Shown in pieces: positions 10,496 through 19,540 of a stretch of DNA of 64,000 bases. Every line of letters begins with the position of its first letter. Position 1 is the first letter of the stretch. The notes below the pieces were generated by a model. The model ran no database searches, had not been told where the DNA came from, and saw nothing but the letters and a program-made list of their open reading frames with translations. The position numbers were made by a program, and so were the translations under genes. The stretch is from Candidatus Gottesmanbacteria bacterium (lineage in GTDB: Bacteria; Patescibacteriota; Microgenomatia; UBA10105; UBA927). The stretch spans positions 363,282-427,281 of the forward strand of contig JAHFKK010000001.1 of the NCBI GenBank assembly GCA_023245335.1. Reading direction: 5' to 3'.

Positions 10496-10927
10496 ATGAA
10501 AAATAAACATAAATCATATGGTATTGATTTATTGGTAATTTGTGATCACGCCTTATTTTCACAAGACAAAAAGCTCTCAATTATTGGTATATTTGACAGA
10601 CTGTTTGTGAAATCAGTGCCCGCCAATCACGCTAAAATGGTAATTGCGGCATCAATAGTTGGAAAAAATGACTCAGACTGTACCGTAAGCTTGGAGTTTA
10701 TCAGTCCAAGCGGAAAAAATCTGGTCGGAATTAAACCGATTTTTATGAATGTTAGGCTGGGAGCAAATGGCAAAGGGAATTTAATTAGTGAAATCGTCGG
10801 ATTTCCAGTATCAGAAGTCGGTGAATATAAGGTCCGAATGCTCATAAACGGAGAATCACTTCGAGAGATCCCCCTCTATGTGCAGCAGGTAATTTCAAAT
10901 GAAGACGTTAGAAAGCAACCCAATTGA
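10496..10927 (+). CDS. DUF6941-like hypothetical protein
   Basis: ICDHA..KLSIIGIFD and GEYKV..ING all-beta pattern recalled for DUF6941. AT-rich; starts 1 nt after the dnaK stop. Confidence 0.6.
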   Translation: MKNKHKSYGIDLLVICDHALFSQDKKLSIIGIFDRLFVKSVPANHAKMVIAASIVGKNDSDCTVSLEFISPSGKNLVGIKPIFMNVRLGANGKGNLISEIVGFPVSEVGEYKVRMLINGESLREIPLYVQQVISNEDVRKQPN

Positions 10928-11762
10928 GAGATATCCAACATATATTGATGAGATTGTAACTCCCTACGACATCAGCCAAGCTCCCTTTATTGACGGGTGT
11001 TTTAACGTCGATGAAACAGATTGGCGTTTAGCCAATAGCCAACTAACTGATGGTTTAGACTGTGCTGATAAGTACACTCGATATACTAGTGGTAATGAAC
11101 AAAATTTTATATTCAAAGCAGCCGAAGAGTGTAGTGTGGAGCCCCTTTCTGATCCGTTCGCGTCATATATTGGTAATCGTTGGATGGGTATTCCCGTAGC
11201 GAGAAGTGCTCCTATGGTTTCTCGCATGAATAGTCGAAGATATTATCTCGGTGTTGTGTCGTACGCGACATCAATTACTACTCTCGCAGGCTGGGATTCC
11301 GGTATACCGCAGGATGGGTTAACTGAAATTGACACAACATACATGCAAGGTGATGGGGTTTTACGTGCGTGGCTTAGGGATCATGATCATGCATGGCGAC
11401 ACATTGTTACATGGACAGGGAGCGATGGCGTCATGCATTATTATTTCATTGACTACGGAAGGAGCTGTCTTGATTTGCGAACACAGTGGAATGAAACAAA
11501 ATTACTTAACGATTCTGTCGGTGGCTGTTTTTGGGATATTGAGCATGATCCAGATAAAATAATAGAATATGTCAAGTGCATTCTCCGTATACCCGACTGG
11601 TTGATTAACTATAAATTAATGCAGTATGCATCATCGATGCAAAAGTATGATGTTGTAAATAAAGAATTTTATCTTCGTCGGGCATATGAGATGTCATCAT
11701 ATTTAATCAAGAGTAAGCGTAATCTACTACATGATGTTAGTAATTTTCTTTCGGCTAGGTAA
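10899..11762 (+). CDS. HipA-like / PI3-4-kinase-fold protein kinase
   Basis: FIFK (ATP-binding Lys), [20 protein letters not shown] (catalytic-loop-like), FIDYG (DFG-equivalent). AT-rich; overlaps the upstream gene by 29 nt. Confidence 0.6.
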   Translation: MKTLESNPIERYPTYIDEIVTPYDISQAPFIDGCFNVDETDWRLANSQLTDGLDCADKYTRYTSGNEQNFIFKAAEECSVEPLSDPFASYIGNRWMGIPVARSAPMVSRMNSRRYYLGVVSYATSITTLAGWDSGIPQDGLTEIDTTYMQGDGVLRAWLRDHDHAWRHIVTWTGSDGVMHYYFIDYGRSCLDLRTQWNETKLLNDSVGGCFWDIEHDPDKIIEYVKCILRIPDWLINYKLMQYASSMQKYDVVNKEFYLRRAYEMSSYLIKSKRNLLHDVSNFLSAR

Positions 11763-11764
11763 CT

Positions 11765-12676
11765 ATGGCAACGAAACGCGATTATTACGAAATATTGGGA
11801 GTCGGGAAATCGGCTTCTGCTGCGGAAATTAAGTCCGCGTACCGGAAGCTCGCGTTGCAATGGCACCCGGACCGAAATAAAGCCGTAGACGCCAACGAGA
11901 AATTCAAGGAAATAAACGAAGCCTACGCAGTACTTTCCGATAGCCAAAAGAAAAGCGCGTACGACCAGTTCGGCCATGCAGCATTTCAGCCGGGTGGCGG
12001 TATGGGTGGGGCAGGCGGAGGCAATCCTTTTAGCGGCGGGTTCCGCCAACAGGGACCATTCCAGTACTACTATTCTTCAGGCGGACAACAGGGCGGGTCG
12101 CCCTTCTCCGGGTTTGAGGATATGATCGATCCGTTTGAGATATTCGAGCAGTTTTTTGGTGGAGGATTTTCTCCCCGCGGCCAGCGCGCGCGGCCGCACC
12201 CCGCATACGAAGTCACGATCGATTTCATGGATGCGGTCAAAGGTGCCACGCGTGAAGTGCACGTCCCCAAAGGTGGTGCGGGTGAAGGATCCGTACGGAA
12301 AACGATCAAAATTCCGGCCGGGGTCGACAGCGGCTCACGCATACGATTCGATGAATTTGATCTCGTCGTATCGGTGCGTCCTGACAAGCGGTTTACCAGA
12401 GAGGGGGATGACATCATACTCACGGAAGAAGTTCCGTTCAGCCTCGCCGCCCTGGGTGGAGTCGTAGACGTCCCGACCATAGAAGAATCGGTCAAAATCC
12501 GAATTCAGCCAGGTACCCAGCCCGGGACACTCATCCGCCTTCGCGGCAAAGGCGTGCCGCACGTCCGGGGAACCGGCCGTGGGGATCAGTACGTACGGGT
12601 GCAGTTACGGGTGCCGAGTCATTTATCCCGCGAGCAAAAAGAACTCTTGGAGAAGCTGGAAAGAAGCGGGGTATGA
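11765..12676 (+). CDS. dnaJ: DnaJ chaperone lacking the Zn-finger domain
   Basis: J-domain HPD, G/F-rich region and C-terminal domain; no CxxCxGxG repeats. Confidence 0.92.
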   Translation: MATKRDYYEILGVGKSASAAEIKSAYRKLALQWHPDRNKAVDANEKFKEINEAYAVLSDSQKKSAYDQFGHAAFQPGGGMGGAGGGNPFSGGFRQQGPFQYYYSSGGQQGGSPFSGFEDMIDPFEIFEQFFGGGFSPRGQRARPHPAYEVTIDFMDAVKGATREVHVPKGGAGEGSVRKTIKIPAGVDSGSRIRFDEFDLVVSVRPDKRFTREGDDIILTEEVPFSLAALGGVVDVPTIEESVKIRIQPGTQPGTLIRLRGKGVPHVRGTGRGDQYVRVQLRVPSHLSREQKELLEKLERSGV

Positions 12677-12680
12677 GGAA

Positions 12681-12709
12681 TTGACGCAAGGCCGTTGAGG
12701 CTATATAAT
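12681..12709 (+). promoter_or_regulatory. Sigma70 promoter of the nusA-infB operon
   Basis: TTGACG 12681-12686, 17 nt spacer, TATAAT 12704-12709. Confidence 0.8.
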
Positions 12710-12730
12710 AGGTATATTGTGTAGGAAGTG

Positions 12731-12755
12731 AAAGGTGGGGTGACCCGCCTTTTTT
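12731..12755 (+). terminator. Leader terminator/attenuator upstream of nusA (rimP-nusA leader type)
   Basis: AAAGGTGGG-GTGA-CCCGCCTTT followed by a T tract, between the promoter and the nusA start. Confidence 0.7.
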
Positions 12756-12779
12756 AATAATTTAAGGAGAAATCAAACT

Positions 12780-13934
12780 ATGCCAGCAACCGTCAGAAGC
12801 GAATTTGCATTAGCCCTCAACCAGGTCGCCACAGAACGTGGTATCGATCCTACAGTCGTACTCGAGACTATAAAAGCCGCGATTTTAGCCGCGTACCGCA
12901 AGGATTACGGCATAGATGAGACCCTCACGCTTACCGTCGACCTCAATCCTGATTCGGGAGAAGCCAAAGTCATGAAGGATGGCGCGGACGTCACGCCTCC
13001 CGGATTCGGCCGTATTGCCGCCCAGACCGCGAAACAGGTTATCTTGCAGCGTATCCGTGAAGCGGAAAAGTCTGCGGTTTTGGCTGATTATCAGGGGAAA
13101 ATCGGCGGTATTGCACCCGGTATGGTATTGCGTTTTGACGGCCCCAATGTGATCGTAGACATCGGTCGTACACAAGCGGTCATGCCGGTATCCGAGCAGA
13201 ATCCTGCGGAACGGTATCACCTCAATCAGCGTTTGACGTTTTACATCGAAGGAATTCGTGAGACCATGCGTGGTAATGAGATTATTGTGTCACGCGCACA
13301 CAAGGGATTGGTAGAAGGACTGTTTAAACGCGAAGTTCCGGAAGTATCCCAGGGGTCAGTCGAGCTTCGGGTTGTCGCCCGTGAGGCCGGTAACCGTACG
13401 AAAGTCGCAGTCTATTCCAACGCTCCCGGTGTTGACCCTGTAGGAAGCTGTGTCGGACAAAAAGGGGTGCGGGTTCAGGCAGTCATAAACGAACTCGGCA
13501 GTAACGAAAAAGTCGATATCATCCAGTGGAGTGAAGACACCAAACAGTTTATCATGGCGTCACTTGCGCCAGCCAAGGACATTGATGTCACCCTGGACGA
13601 GAAAAAACAGGCTGCGGAAGTCATGGTTCCGGACGATCAACTGTCCCTTGCCATAGGCCGTGACGGCGGAAACGTGCGGTTGGCTGCCAAACTGACCGGC
13701 TGGAAGATCGATATCAAAGGGAAGCCCGTACCAGGAGCCGAAAAGAAAGAAGATGCGGTAGTTCCTGCGGAGGCTCCGAAAAAAGAAGCTAAAGCGGAAG
13801 AAGCGCCGAAAGAGAAAGAAGTAAAAACACCGGAAACGCCTCCTCAAGGGAAGGCGGAAGAGCCGGCTCCTATAGTAAAACCCGAAGAATCTACCAGTAA
13901 AGACTCGACTGATACGAAACCAACATCCGTATGA
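12780..13934 (+). CDS. nusA: Transcription termination factor NusA
   Basis: FGRIAAQTAKQV, AREAGNRTK, DPVGSCVGQKG, LSLAIGRDGGNVRLAAKLTGWKIDI. Confidence 0.98.
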   Translation: MPATVRSEFALALNQVATERGIDPTVVLETIKAAILAAYRKDYGIDETLTLTVDLNPDSGEAKVMKDGADVTPPGFGRIAAQTAKQVILQRIREAEKSAVLADYQGKIGGIAPGMVLRFDGPNVIVDIGRTQAVMPVSEQNPAERYHLNQRLTFYIEGIRETMRGNEIIVSRAHKGLVEGLFKREVPEVSQGSVELRVVAREAGNRTKVAVYSNAPGVDPVGSCVGQKGVRVQAVINELGSNEKVDIIQWSEDTKQFIMASLAPAKDIDVTLDEKKQAAEVMVPDDQLSLAIGRDGGNVRLAAKLTGWKIDIKGKPVPGAEKKEDAVVPAEAPKKEAKAEEAPKEKEVKTPETPPQGKAEEPAPIVKPEESTSKDSTDTKPTSV

Positions 13935-13961
13935 GACGAGGAGTGTTTTTGACCGGAATGT

Positions 13962-15479
13962 ATGACGAAAGACACGAAATCAGTGAAGGTATCCTCACGT
14001 CCCTCCTCCGCCGAGGCTACGGCGGGCAGGCCGCCAGTGGTTGCGGTTTTGGGTCACGTTGACCACGGTAAAACCACTCTCCTAGACACGATTCGAAAAG
14101 CTCACGTTGCGGCAGGAGAACACGGAGGAATCACCCAGCATATCGGCGCGTACCAGATTGACTATAAAGGAAAAAATAAGGAATCCAGAAAGATTACCTT
14201 TATCGATACCCCCGGCCACGAAGCGTTTTCGAAAATTCGTTCCCGCGGAGCACAGGCGGCTGATATCGCAATCCTGGTCGTCGCGGCAGATGACAGCGTC
14301 AAACCACAGACTATCGAATCCATAGAGCAGATTAAAGCCGCGGGTATTCCGATGGTGGTTGCGATAAATAAAATTGACATGCCCGGCGCGATTATCGACA
14401 AAGTAAAATCGGATTTGGCCAAAGTCGGCGTGCAGGTAGAAGGATTCGGCGGTGATGTGCCGTTTGTGCCTATTTCCGCCAAAAAAGGCACGGGAATAGA
14501 TGCATTATTAGAACTTCTTTTCTTAGTCGCCGACATGAAAGGCCTGGCGGGGGACGCCAAAGAGCCGTTTTCCGCAATCGTCATTGAGGCCAAAGTGGAT
14601 AAATTCAGAGGCACCGTGGCGACCCTTCTCGTCAAAAACGGTACATTAGCCGGCGGAACGTCTCTCTATGAAGGACAAAAACTATTGGGCCGCGTTCGGG
14701 CCATGATGGACGAGTCCGGCGTCAAAGTGCCGGAAGCGCTCCCTGGAAAACCGGTTGAAGTGCTCGGATTTTCCATGTTGCCGTCTGTCGGTGCAGAACT
14801 CACCGCTGTCCCTAGGACAGTTGCGACCGTAGAAGTGAAAAAAACAGATGTCCGGGACACCAATGTCGCGGATTTCCTTGCAGCCATGACAAAAGCCGAC
14901 AAAAAGAGGCTCAAAATACTCCTAAAAGCAGATACGTCAGGTTCGCTTGAAGCCGTCAAAGAAGCGCTTCCCAAAGACGAGACCGATATCGTACGAAGCG
15001 GCCTGGGAGATATAACCGAGGCTGACATACTGGAGGCCAAAGCTACGGGAGCCGTGGTAGTCGGGTTTAACGTCAAAGCCGGCAATACCATAGAAAAATT
15101 TGCACGGGTAGAAAAGGTCATTTACAGAATCTATACGATCATTTATGAGCTTTTGGAAGAAATGGATGATGTCATAGACGGCATGGAAGATTTGCTTGCT
15201 ATGGAGCGCGAATTGGGGAAGGGTACAATTATTGCCGAATTTCCGTTTGACCACGACCGCATCGCAGGCACGAAAGTCCTCTCCGGCAGGCTCGCCAAGG
15301 GGGATAACGTACGGATTATGCGGGGCGAGGAGGAAGTTGCCCGTGTTCGCATCAAATCCATCCGACAGGGTAAAAACGATATGACCAAGGTGGAAACGGG
15401 TGTTGAGTGCGGTGTCCTCTTTGACAGAAAAGTTGATTTTACGCTCCAAGATGCTATAATAGCGTTTACTACAGGCTAA
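13962..15479 (+). CDS. infB: Translation initiation factor IF-2, short form without the N-terminal domain
   Basis: RPPVVAVLGHVDHGKTT, GGITQHIGAY, DTPGHEAF, NKID. Confidence 0.97.
   Translation: MTKDTKSVKVSSRPSSAEATAGRPPVVAVLGHVDHGKTTLLDTIRKAHVAAGEHGGITQHIGAYQIDYKGKNKESRKITFIDTPGHEAFSKIRSRGAQAADIAILVVAADDSVKPQTIESIEQIKAAGIPMVVAINKIDMPGAIIDKVKSDLAKVGVQVEGFGGDVPFVPISAKKGTGIDALLELLFLVADMKGLAGDAKEPFSAIVIEAKVDKFRGTVATLLVKNGTLAGGTSLYEGQKLLGRVRAMMDESGVKVPEALPGKPVEVLGFSMLPSVGAELTAVPRTVATVEVKKTDVRDTNVADFLAAMTKADKKRLKILLKADTSGSLEAVKEALPKDETDIVRSGLGDITEADILEAKATGAVVVGFNVKAGNTIEKFARVEKVIYRIYTIIYELLEEMDDVIDGMEDLLAMERELGKGTIIAEFPFDHDRIAGTKVLSGRLAKGDNVRIMRGEEEVARVRIKSIRQGKNDMTKVETGVECGVLFDRKVDFTLQDAIIAFTTG
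14001..14030. repeat. Short palindromic element, in-frame within infB
   Basis: CCCTCCTCCGCCGAGGCTACGGCGGGCAGG; CCGCCG/CGGCGG stem; similar to 60354-60383. Confidence 0.65.
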
Positions 15480-15482
15480 GAT

Positions 15483-16445
15483 ATGGATTACGAAACAGCA
15501 CTCCAAAAAGCCAAGGATTTAGTAAACGCCGCGAAAGACATCGTGGTTGTGACTCATGGCGCCCCGACACCCGACAGTATGGGCGGCAGTCTTGCCCTCA
15601 TGCTTGGTCTGGCATCTCTTAGCAAACAGGCAACCGTGATTAGTCCTGATCCCATGACCGTAGGACTCTCCAGTTTCATTGGTGCGGATAAAGTAACGCG
15701 TGAATTCGGCAAGAAAAATTTTGTCGTTTCTCTCGACTATGTGGATGGTTCCATCGAGAAGGTCAGCTATAACATCGAAGGCAAGAAGTTTAATCTCGTC
15801 GTGGAGCACCGTCCGGGGTTTGAGCCTATGACCGCGGATAAAGTGCAGTACAACTATCAGGGAACGTCCGCAGACCTCATCATTTCCGTCGATACGCTGA
15901 CTTTGGGTGATCTCGGAGCCGTGTACGAAAATAACAAAAGCATGTTTTCTGCGAAGCAGATAATCAATATCGATTTCCACAAAGATAATGCCAATTACGG
16001 ACACATCAATCTGGTTGATCCGGGTGCATCCTCGACGTCGGAATTGGTAGCGGAGTTTTTGGCGACGTTAGGCGTCAAACTGACGACCGATATAGCGACT
16101 AACCTCCTCAATGCGATCTATGATGCGACGAAGAATTTCCAGAACGGCAATGTTACGTCTATGGCGTTTGAAGTCGCATCCGTGTGTCTCAAAGCCGGTG
16201 CCAAACGCTTTGGCATGCCTGAGGATAACCAAAGGATTGCCGCACCAACAGCTCCTTCTCCCATGACGGATATCCCGGTAGCCGCACCAGTGCAGGCGCC
16301 GCAAGCTACGCCCACCATGCAGACTCAATCAGTTCCGCAAACGCAGGCGCCTCAAACAATGTCGACGGAGAACGGCAATCCCAAACAGCCGCCATCCGAT
16401 TGGCTGAAGCCGAAAATCTTCAAGAGCTCCGGATCACTTATCTAA
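15483..16445 (+). CDS. DHH-family (NrnA-like) protein with degenerate motifs
   Basis: VVTHGAPTPDSMG, INIDFH, SSTSELV; follows infB as nrnA often does. Confidence 0.75.
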   Translation: MDYETALQKAKDLVNAAKDIVVVTHGAPTPDSMGGSLALMLGLASLSKQATVISPDPMTVGLSSFIGADKVTREFGKKNFVVSLDYVDGSIEKVSYNIEGKKFNLVVEHRPGFEPMTADKVQYNYQGTSADLIISVDTLTLGDLGAVYENNKSMFSAKQIINIDFHKDNANYGHINLVDPGASSTSELVAEFLATLGVKLTTDIATNLLNAIYDATKNFQNGNVTSMAFEVASVCLKAGAKRFGMPEDNQRIAAPTAPSPMTDIPVAAPVQAPQATPTMQTQSVPQTQAPQTMSTENGNPKQPPSDWLKPKIFKSSGSLI

Positions 16446-16504
16446 TGTTTTTACGTAGGGCACAACAGGCGCAAGAACTATTACGATGAACCCCTTTCTA
16501 TGGC

Positions 16505-16533
16505 TTGTAAATTTTAAGTGAATATCGTATAAT
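16505..16533 (+). promoter_or_regulatory. Sigma70 promoter of rpsO-pnp
   Basis: TTGTAA 16505-16510, 17 nt spacer, TATAAT 16528-16533. Confidence 0.75.
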
Positions 16534-16577
16534 GAGTGCCTTGGGAGCACCAATTGCGCTCTCATTTTTATATCAGT

Positions 16578-17012
16578 ATGCCAGCAAAATCCACGAAAAA
16601 AGCAGTAAAAGCTACGAAGGCGACGAAAGAAGCTAAAGTAACCAAAAAAGTAAGCGCCGAAAAAACGGTGAAAGCGGAGAAACCGGTGAAAGTCGTCAAG
16701 CAAACATCCAAAAAGTCGACAAAAGCCGCCCCGAAGATAGACGTATCCCAGGTTCCCTCACCGGAAAAACAGGAGATCATCGCGCAATTTGCCGTCAAAT
16801 CAGGTGATACCGGGAGTCCCGAGGTGCAGATAGCGCTTCTTACCAGGAGAATTGAGAAATTGGTGGGGCATCTCAAAACCAATCCGCACGACAATCATTC
16901 ACGCCGGGGTTTACTTGGCATCGTGAGCAAACGCCGACGGCTTCTCAACTATCTTGAGAAAAAAGATGCAAAACGGGTGACAGTCATTAAGTCAAAGTTA
17001 GGATTAACATAA
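16578..17012 (+). CDS. rpsO: 30S ribosomal protein S15 with a Lys/Ala-rich N-terminal extension
   Basis: [32 protein letters not shown]; upstream of pnp. Confidence 0.95.
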   Translation: MPAKSTKKAVKATKATKEAKVTKKVSAEKTVKAEKPVKVVKQTSKKSTKAAPKIDVSQVPSPEKQEIIAQFAVKSGDTGSPEVQIALLTRRIEKLVGHLKTNPHDNHSRRGLLGIVSKRRRLLNYLEKKDAKRVTVIKSKLGLT

Positions 17013-17152
17013 TTTTTAGTAGAAGCACGCGATCCTAGGAACGATAGAGTTACTTAGCGGTCGAGGATAGAGTATAGAAGGCTTTTTCTTCCATGTTCTC
17101 TCTTCAACCCCTATTTCCTCTAGACGTATAGAACCCCGAGGCTTCATGTATC

Positions 17153-19354
17153 ATGAAAGTAATTACCAAAACGGCTGAAATAGCCGGGAAGAAGTTAAGT
17201 TTGGAAGTCGGTCGGTTTGCCGAACAGGCCAGTGCCGCAGTGCTTGCACGATACGGCGATACCATGGTCCTTGCGACGGTCACCGCATCAAGCAAAGAAA
17301 CAACGCTGGATTATTTCCCGTTAAGTGTCGAGTATGTTGAACGGCTTTATGCCGGTGGCCGCATCAAAGGCAGCCGTTGGGTGAAGCGGGAAGGCAGGCC
17401 GACAGATGATGCAATCCTTGCAGGTCGGGTTATCGACCGGTCGATCAGGCCGCTGTTTCCCAAAAGCTACAACCATGACGTACAGGTCATCATAACCGTT
17501 CTTTCTATGGACGGAGAACATGATCCGGATGTGTTGGGATTGGTTGCGACATCAGCTGCAATTGCCATTTCACCTATCCCGTGGAACGGCCCGATCGCAG
17601 GAGTCAGGATGGGGTATGTCGCAAATAGCGAAGGCGGGAAAGGCGCATATCTCGTCAATCCGACGTCTACGGAACAGGAAACAAGCGAATTTGATTTCGT
17701 CGTTTCTTCCGACCGCACGAAAGTCGTGATGCTCGAGGGCGGATTCTGTGAAACACCGGAGCCTTTAGTGTTTGAAGCGATCAAAGAAGCCAAAAAGGTC
17801 AACGGTGAGATCATTGATCTTATCGATTCCCTGGTCAAAGAAGTCGGGAAAAAGAAAATCGCGCTTTCCGAAGTTTCGGAAGCGGATGACCTCAAGAAGA
17901 AAATTGAAAAAGACTACAAGAAAGAGATGGCCGAAGCGTTTGCCAAAAAAGCCGAGAAGGAATTCGGCGGCGATGAAGTAACCGCGCTGGCCGCGAAAAT
18001 CGTTACTGATTACGGCACGGACTACACGACCAAAGATGTAGAAGCCGCGCTTGACGCCCTGTTCAAAAAACAGGTCCGTGAGAATGTATTGACCGCCGGC
18101 AAACGGTTTGACGGACGGAAAATCGATGAGGTACGCCCCATCGAAATCGAAGTGGGCATACTTTCCCGGACACACGGAAGCGCCATGTTTAAACGGGGTC
18201 AAACCCAGGCGCTCACGGTCGCGACTCTTGGTACGCCGAGTCTTGAACAGCTTATCGAAAGCCCGATGGGTGAGGAATCCAAGCGGTATATCCATCACTA
18301 CAGCATGCCGCCGTATTCCGTCGGGGAAACCGGCCGCGTTGGGACACCGTCGCGCCGCGAAATCGGTCACGGAGCGCTCGCAGAACGGGCACTTTTGGCG
18401 GTCATTCCGAGTGAAGACGTGTTTCCGTATACCATTCGGTTGGTCAGCGAAATCATGTCCAGCAACGGATCCACATCTATGGCGTCAACCTGCGGATCGA
18501 CGCTCGCGCTTATGGATGCGGGAGTTCCCATCAAAGAACCGGTTGCCGGTATTTCTGTAGGACTCATGACCGATAAGGAAAAGAAGAACGGCAAGTATGT
18601 CCTTCTTACCGACATCATGGGGATTGAGGATTTTTCCGGTGACATGGATTTCAAAGTCGCGGGTACCAAAAATGGTATCACGGCGATCCAGCTCGATATC
18701 AAAATCGACGGATTGACGGATGAAATCTGTGAGGAAACGCTGGAGCGCGCACGGGTTGCGCGTATGGGCATCTTGGAAAAGATGCTCGCGGTGATTTCCG
18801 CGCCGAGGACGAACGTATCCCAATACGCGCCGAAGGTGAAGGTCATCAAGATCCCGACGGAGCGAATCGGAGAGGTAATCGGTCCCGGAGGGAAAGTCAT
18901 CCGCAATATCATCGCGACAACCGGCGCGACCGTAGACGTCAATGACGACGGCTCGGTATTTATCTCCGGTACGGATGCGGACGGCGTCCAAAAAGCCGTG
19001 GAATGGGTAGAGGGACTCACCCATGACGTCGAAGTAAACGAAGAATTTGAGGGAGAAGTCAAACGCATATTGCCGTTTGGCGCCTTCGTCGAAATCTTAC
19101 CGGGCAAAGAAGGCATGGTCCACGTCTCACAGATGTCGACCGGTTTCGTCGATAATCCGGAAAAGGTTGTCTCCATCGGACAAAAGGTAAAAGTCCGGGT
19201 CATGGAAATTGACGATATGCACAGGATCAATCTCTCCATGCTTTTTGGAGAAGATGCCAAAGCAAAACCAGCCGAGTCGCGAAGCGGTGGCGGTGACCGC
19301 GGCGGCAGGGGTGGCGGACGTGGCGGCTACGGCGGCGGACGAAGACGGTATTAA
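17153..19354 (+). CDS. pnp: Polyribonucleotide nucleotidyltransferase (PNPase)
   Basis: RREIGHGALAERAL, SNGSTSMAS, GDMDFKVAGT, KH and S1 domains. Confidence 0.99.
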   Translation: MKVITKTAEIAGKKLSLEVGRFAEQASAAVLARYGDTMVLATVTASSKETTLDYFPLSVEYVERLYAGGRIKGSRWVKREGRPTDDAILAGRVIDRSIRPLFPKSYNHDVQVIITVLSMDGEHDPDVLGLVATSAAIAISPIPWNGPIAGVRMGYVANSEGGKGAYLVNPTSTEQETSEFDFVVSSDRTKVVMLEGGFCETPEPLVFEAIKEAKKVNGEIIDLIDSLVKEVGKKKIALSEVSEADDLKKKIEKDYKKEMAEAFAKKAEKEFGGDEVTALAAKIVTDYGTDYTTKDVEAALDALFKKQVRENVLTAGKRFDGRKIDEVRPIEIEVGILSRTHGSAMFKRGQTQALTVATLGTPSLEQLIESPMGEESKRYIHHYSMPPYSVGETGRVGTPSRREIGHGALAERALLAVIPSEDVFPYTIRLVSEIMSSNGSTSMASTCGSTLALMDAGVPIKEPVAGISVGLMTDKEKKNGKYVLLTDIMGIEDFSGDMDFKVAGTKNGITAIQLDIKIDGLTDEICEETLERARVARMGILEKMLAVISAPRTNVSQYAPKVKVIKIPTERIGEVIGPGGKVIRNIIATTGATVDVNDDGSVFISGTDADGVQKAVEWVEGLTHDVEVNEEFEGEVKRILPFGAFVEILPGKEGMVHVSQMSTGFVDNPEKVVSIGQKVKVRVMEIDDMHRINLSMLFGEDAKAKPAESRSGGGDRGGRGGGRGGYGGGRRRY

Positions 19355-19540
19355 ACGACCGAATGCCGAATCTGTGCATAAGCAGCGCCCACAAAATATT
19401 CATGTTTCTTCAACTCCCTCGTGAAGTGAAGATAGCTATACGTACCCTCGTGTTTTCACCCGTACGTAAGGGATCGCTTAAATCCGTTGGTCCGTATTGG
19501 TTTTAGAGTATTGTATTGAAGAATTTGTTATGATGATACT

